Shown here piece after piece: positions 62,865 to 64,000 of a DNA stretch of 64,000 nt. This DNA is from Hormiphora californensis (lineage: Eukaryota > Animalia > Ctenophora): the NCBI GenBank assembly GCA_020137815.1, contig CM035354.1:1612001-1676000 (forward strand), in the 5' to 3' direction. Each line of letters starts with the position of its first letter. Positions within the stretch are counted from its first letter, which is position 1. The translations under genes were made by a program, and so were the position numbers. The notes below the pieces were generated by a model that did not search any database, was not told the DNA's origin, and saw nothing but the letters and a program-made list of their open reading frames with translations.

Positions 62865-64000
62865 AATAGAAAGAGAGAGAGAGAAAGGATACCACATACC
62901 TGCACATGTCACACACACACATACGCACACTTTCTTCACCCTTCTGTGTGTGCGTCGTGTGCTCGGTTTATCGTCCTGGCCTCAAGTGCTGCTTATAATT
63001 ATACCATGTTGTCTGACAATTCGTGACACCCTGTACAACATTTGTATCAGACACAATATGGAGATACATATTTATATTGTCATCTTTCAAGGTATAATGA
63101 TGATTGATTGATTGATGTGGAGTTGGAAATTTATAAGACTGCTTGATGTTGGGGTGGGGTTAGAAGTATCATTTATGCGGTTTTGGGTTTCTCATATAGA
63201 TAATACTAGTAAGCCCGCTCGCCCTACGGGCGAATGTCGGGGATGGTCATACAGTAAACTAAGCAAATAGTGTAGTATCACTTGAAATTTTTAAAATCAG
63301 TAAATTAACCAAAGGGATTCTTTCGACAGAAAAACCACGGGCCCTCTTTTGCCAAGTCCTGAAGTATTTTATGAAGGAGCACATGTGCAAAATACTTTCA
63401 CGTATTACTGTCATTTCTTATTAGTGCCATTGATACTTTGTTATTACGTGTGTTGACAACATTTTTTGAATAATAATCACCTCTTTTGTAGGGTTCTATC
63501 ACGTAGTCTATAGGGGTCAGCGCCAGTTTGCGACATATGGCTCCTCCAAACTCGCTGGCGATTGTGTTGAAGTTGAGTAGTCATGTTCACGAAACGTGGC
63601 GAACAGATCAAATCGAGCAAACGATCAATCACACAACCGGCAGAGAGATGAATCAAGGATGCACGTGCAGTTTAAGGCTCAAGCTGGCAGGTTGCCAGGG
63701 TCCCTCTAGGGACAACACGTGCAAAAGGCCATTTCCAGGAATTTCCAGGAAATAGGAACACTGTTTGCCATATTTGGTAAAAAAACCATCACCCATCATT
63801 TCCCTATTTGCTTTAATAATAGTATGATTACTATCAACGTGACACCATGTGGGTACTGCTTCACACCACGTGGGTGCTGCCTGACACCACGTGGGTGCTG
63901 CCTGAGTAGCTTTAGCTAGATCATCAGAAGTAAAACGCCCAAAACTCACCGCCCATCTAGAATTTAGTGTATCAGTATTTGAATATTTGCTACATGTGTA

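Noticed and set aside
63493-63949. Short ORFs at the window end as further exons of the 59.3-kb gene
   Set aside because: No recognisable motif and frame continuity could not be established.

Overview
Eukaryotic (animal) genomic DNA with spliceosomal introns and many repeats. It is most likely a ctenophore of the Pleurobrachia type, inferred from a 43-nt spliced-leader (SL)-like sequence and a ctenophore-type ionotropic glutamate receptor. Host genes: NUDT8-like, COQ5, four tandem C2H2 zinc-finger paralogues, a truncated selenoprotein-N-like gene, a ~15.6-kb iGluR, SAXO4/PPP1R32-like, a CDK4/6-like kinase with an unusual tail, and fragments of a possible RA-domain gene. Mobile DNA: a full-length CRE-like (RT + restriction-like endonuclease) retrotransposon with an N-terminal PHD finger, L2/CR1/RTE/RNase-H LINE remnants, Maverick/Polinton polB remnants, a Penelope-like remnant with a hammerhead core, and many TIR elements and MITEs. 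The main finding is that the CRE-like element (2808-6051) starts, immediately inside its target-site duplication, with a complete SL-like exon that is not followed by a GT donor. This suggests it was copied from an SL-trans-spliced RNA and may use host trans-splicing to regenerate its 5' end. All calls come from reading the sequence and from recalled family motifs; no database search was run.
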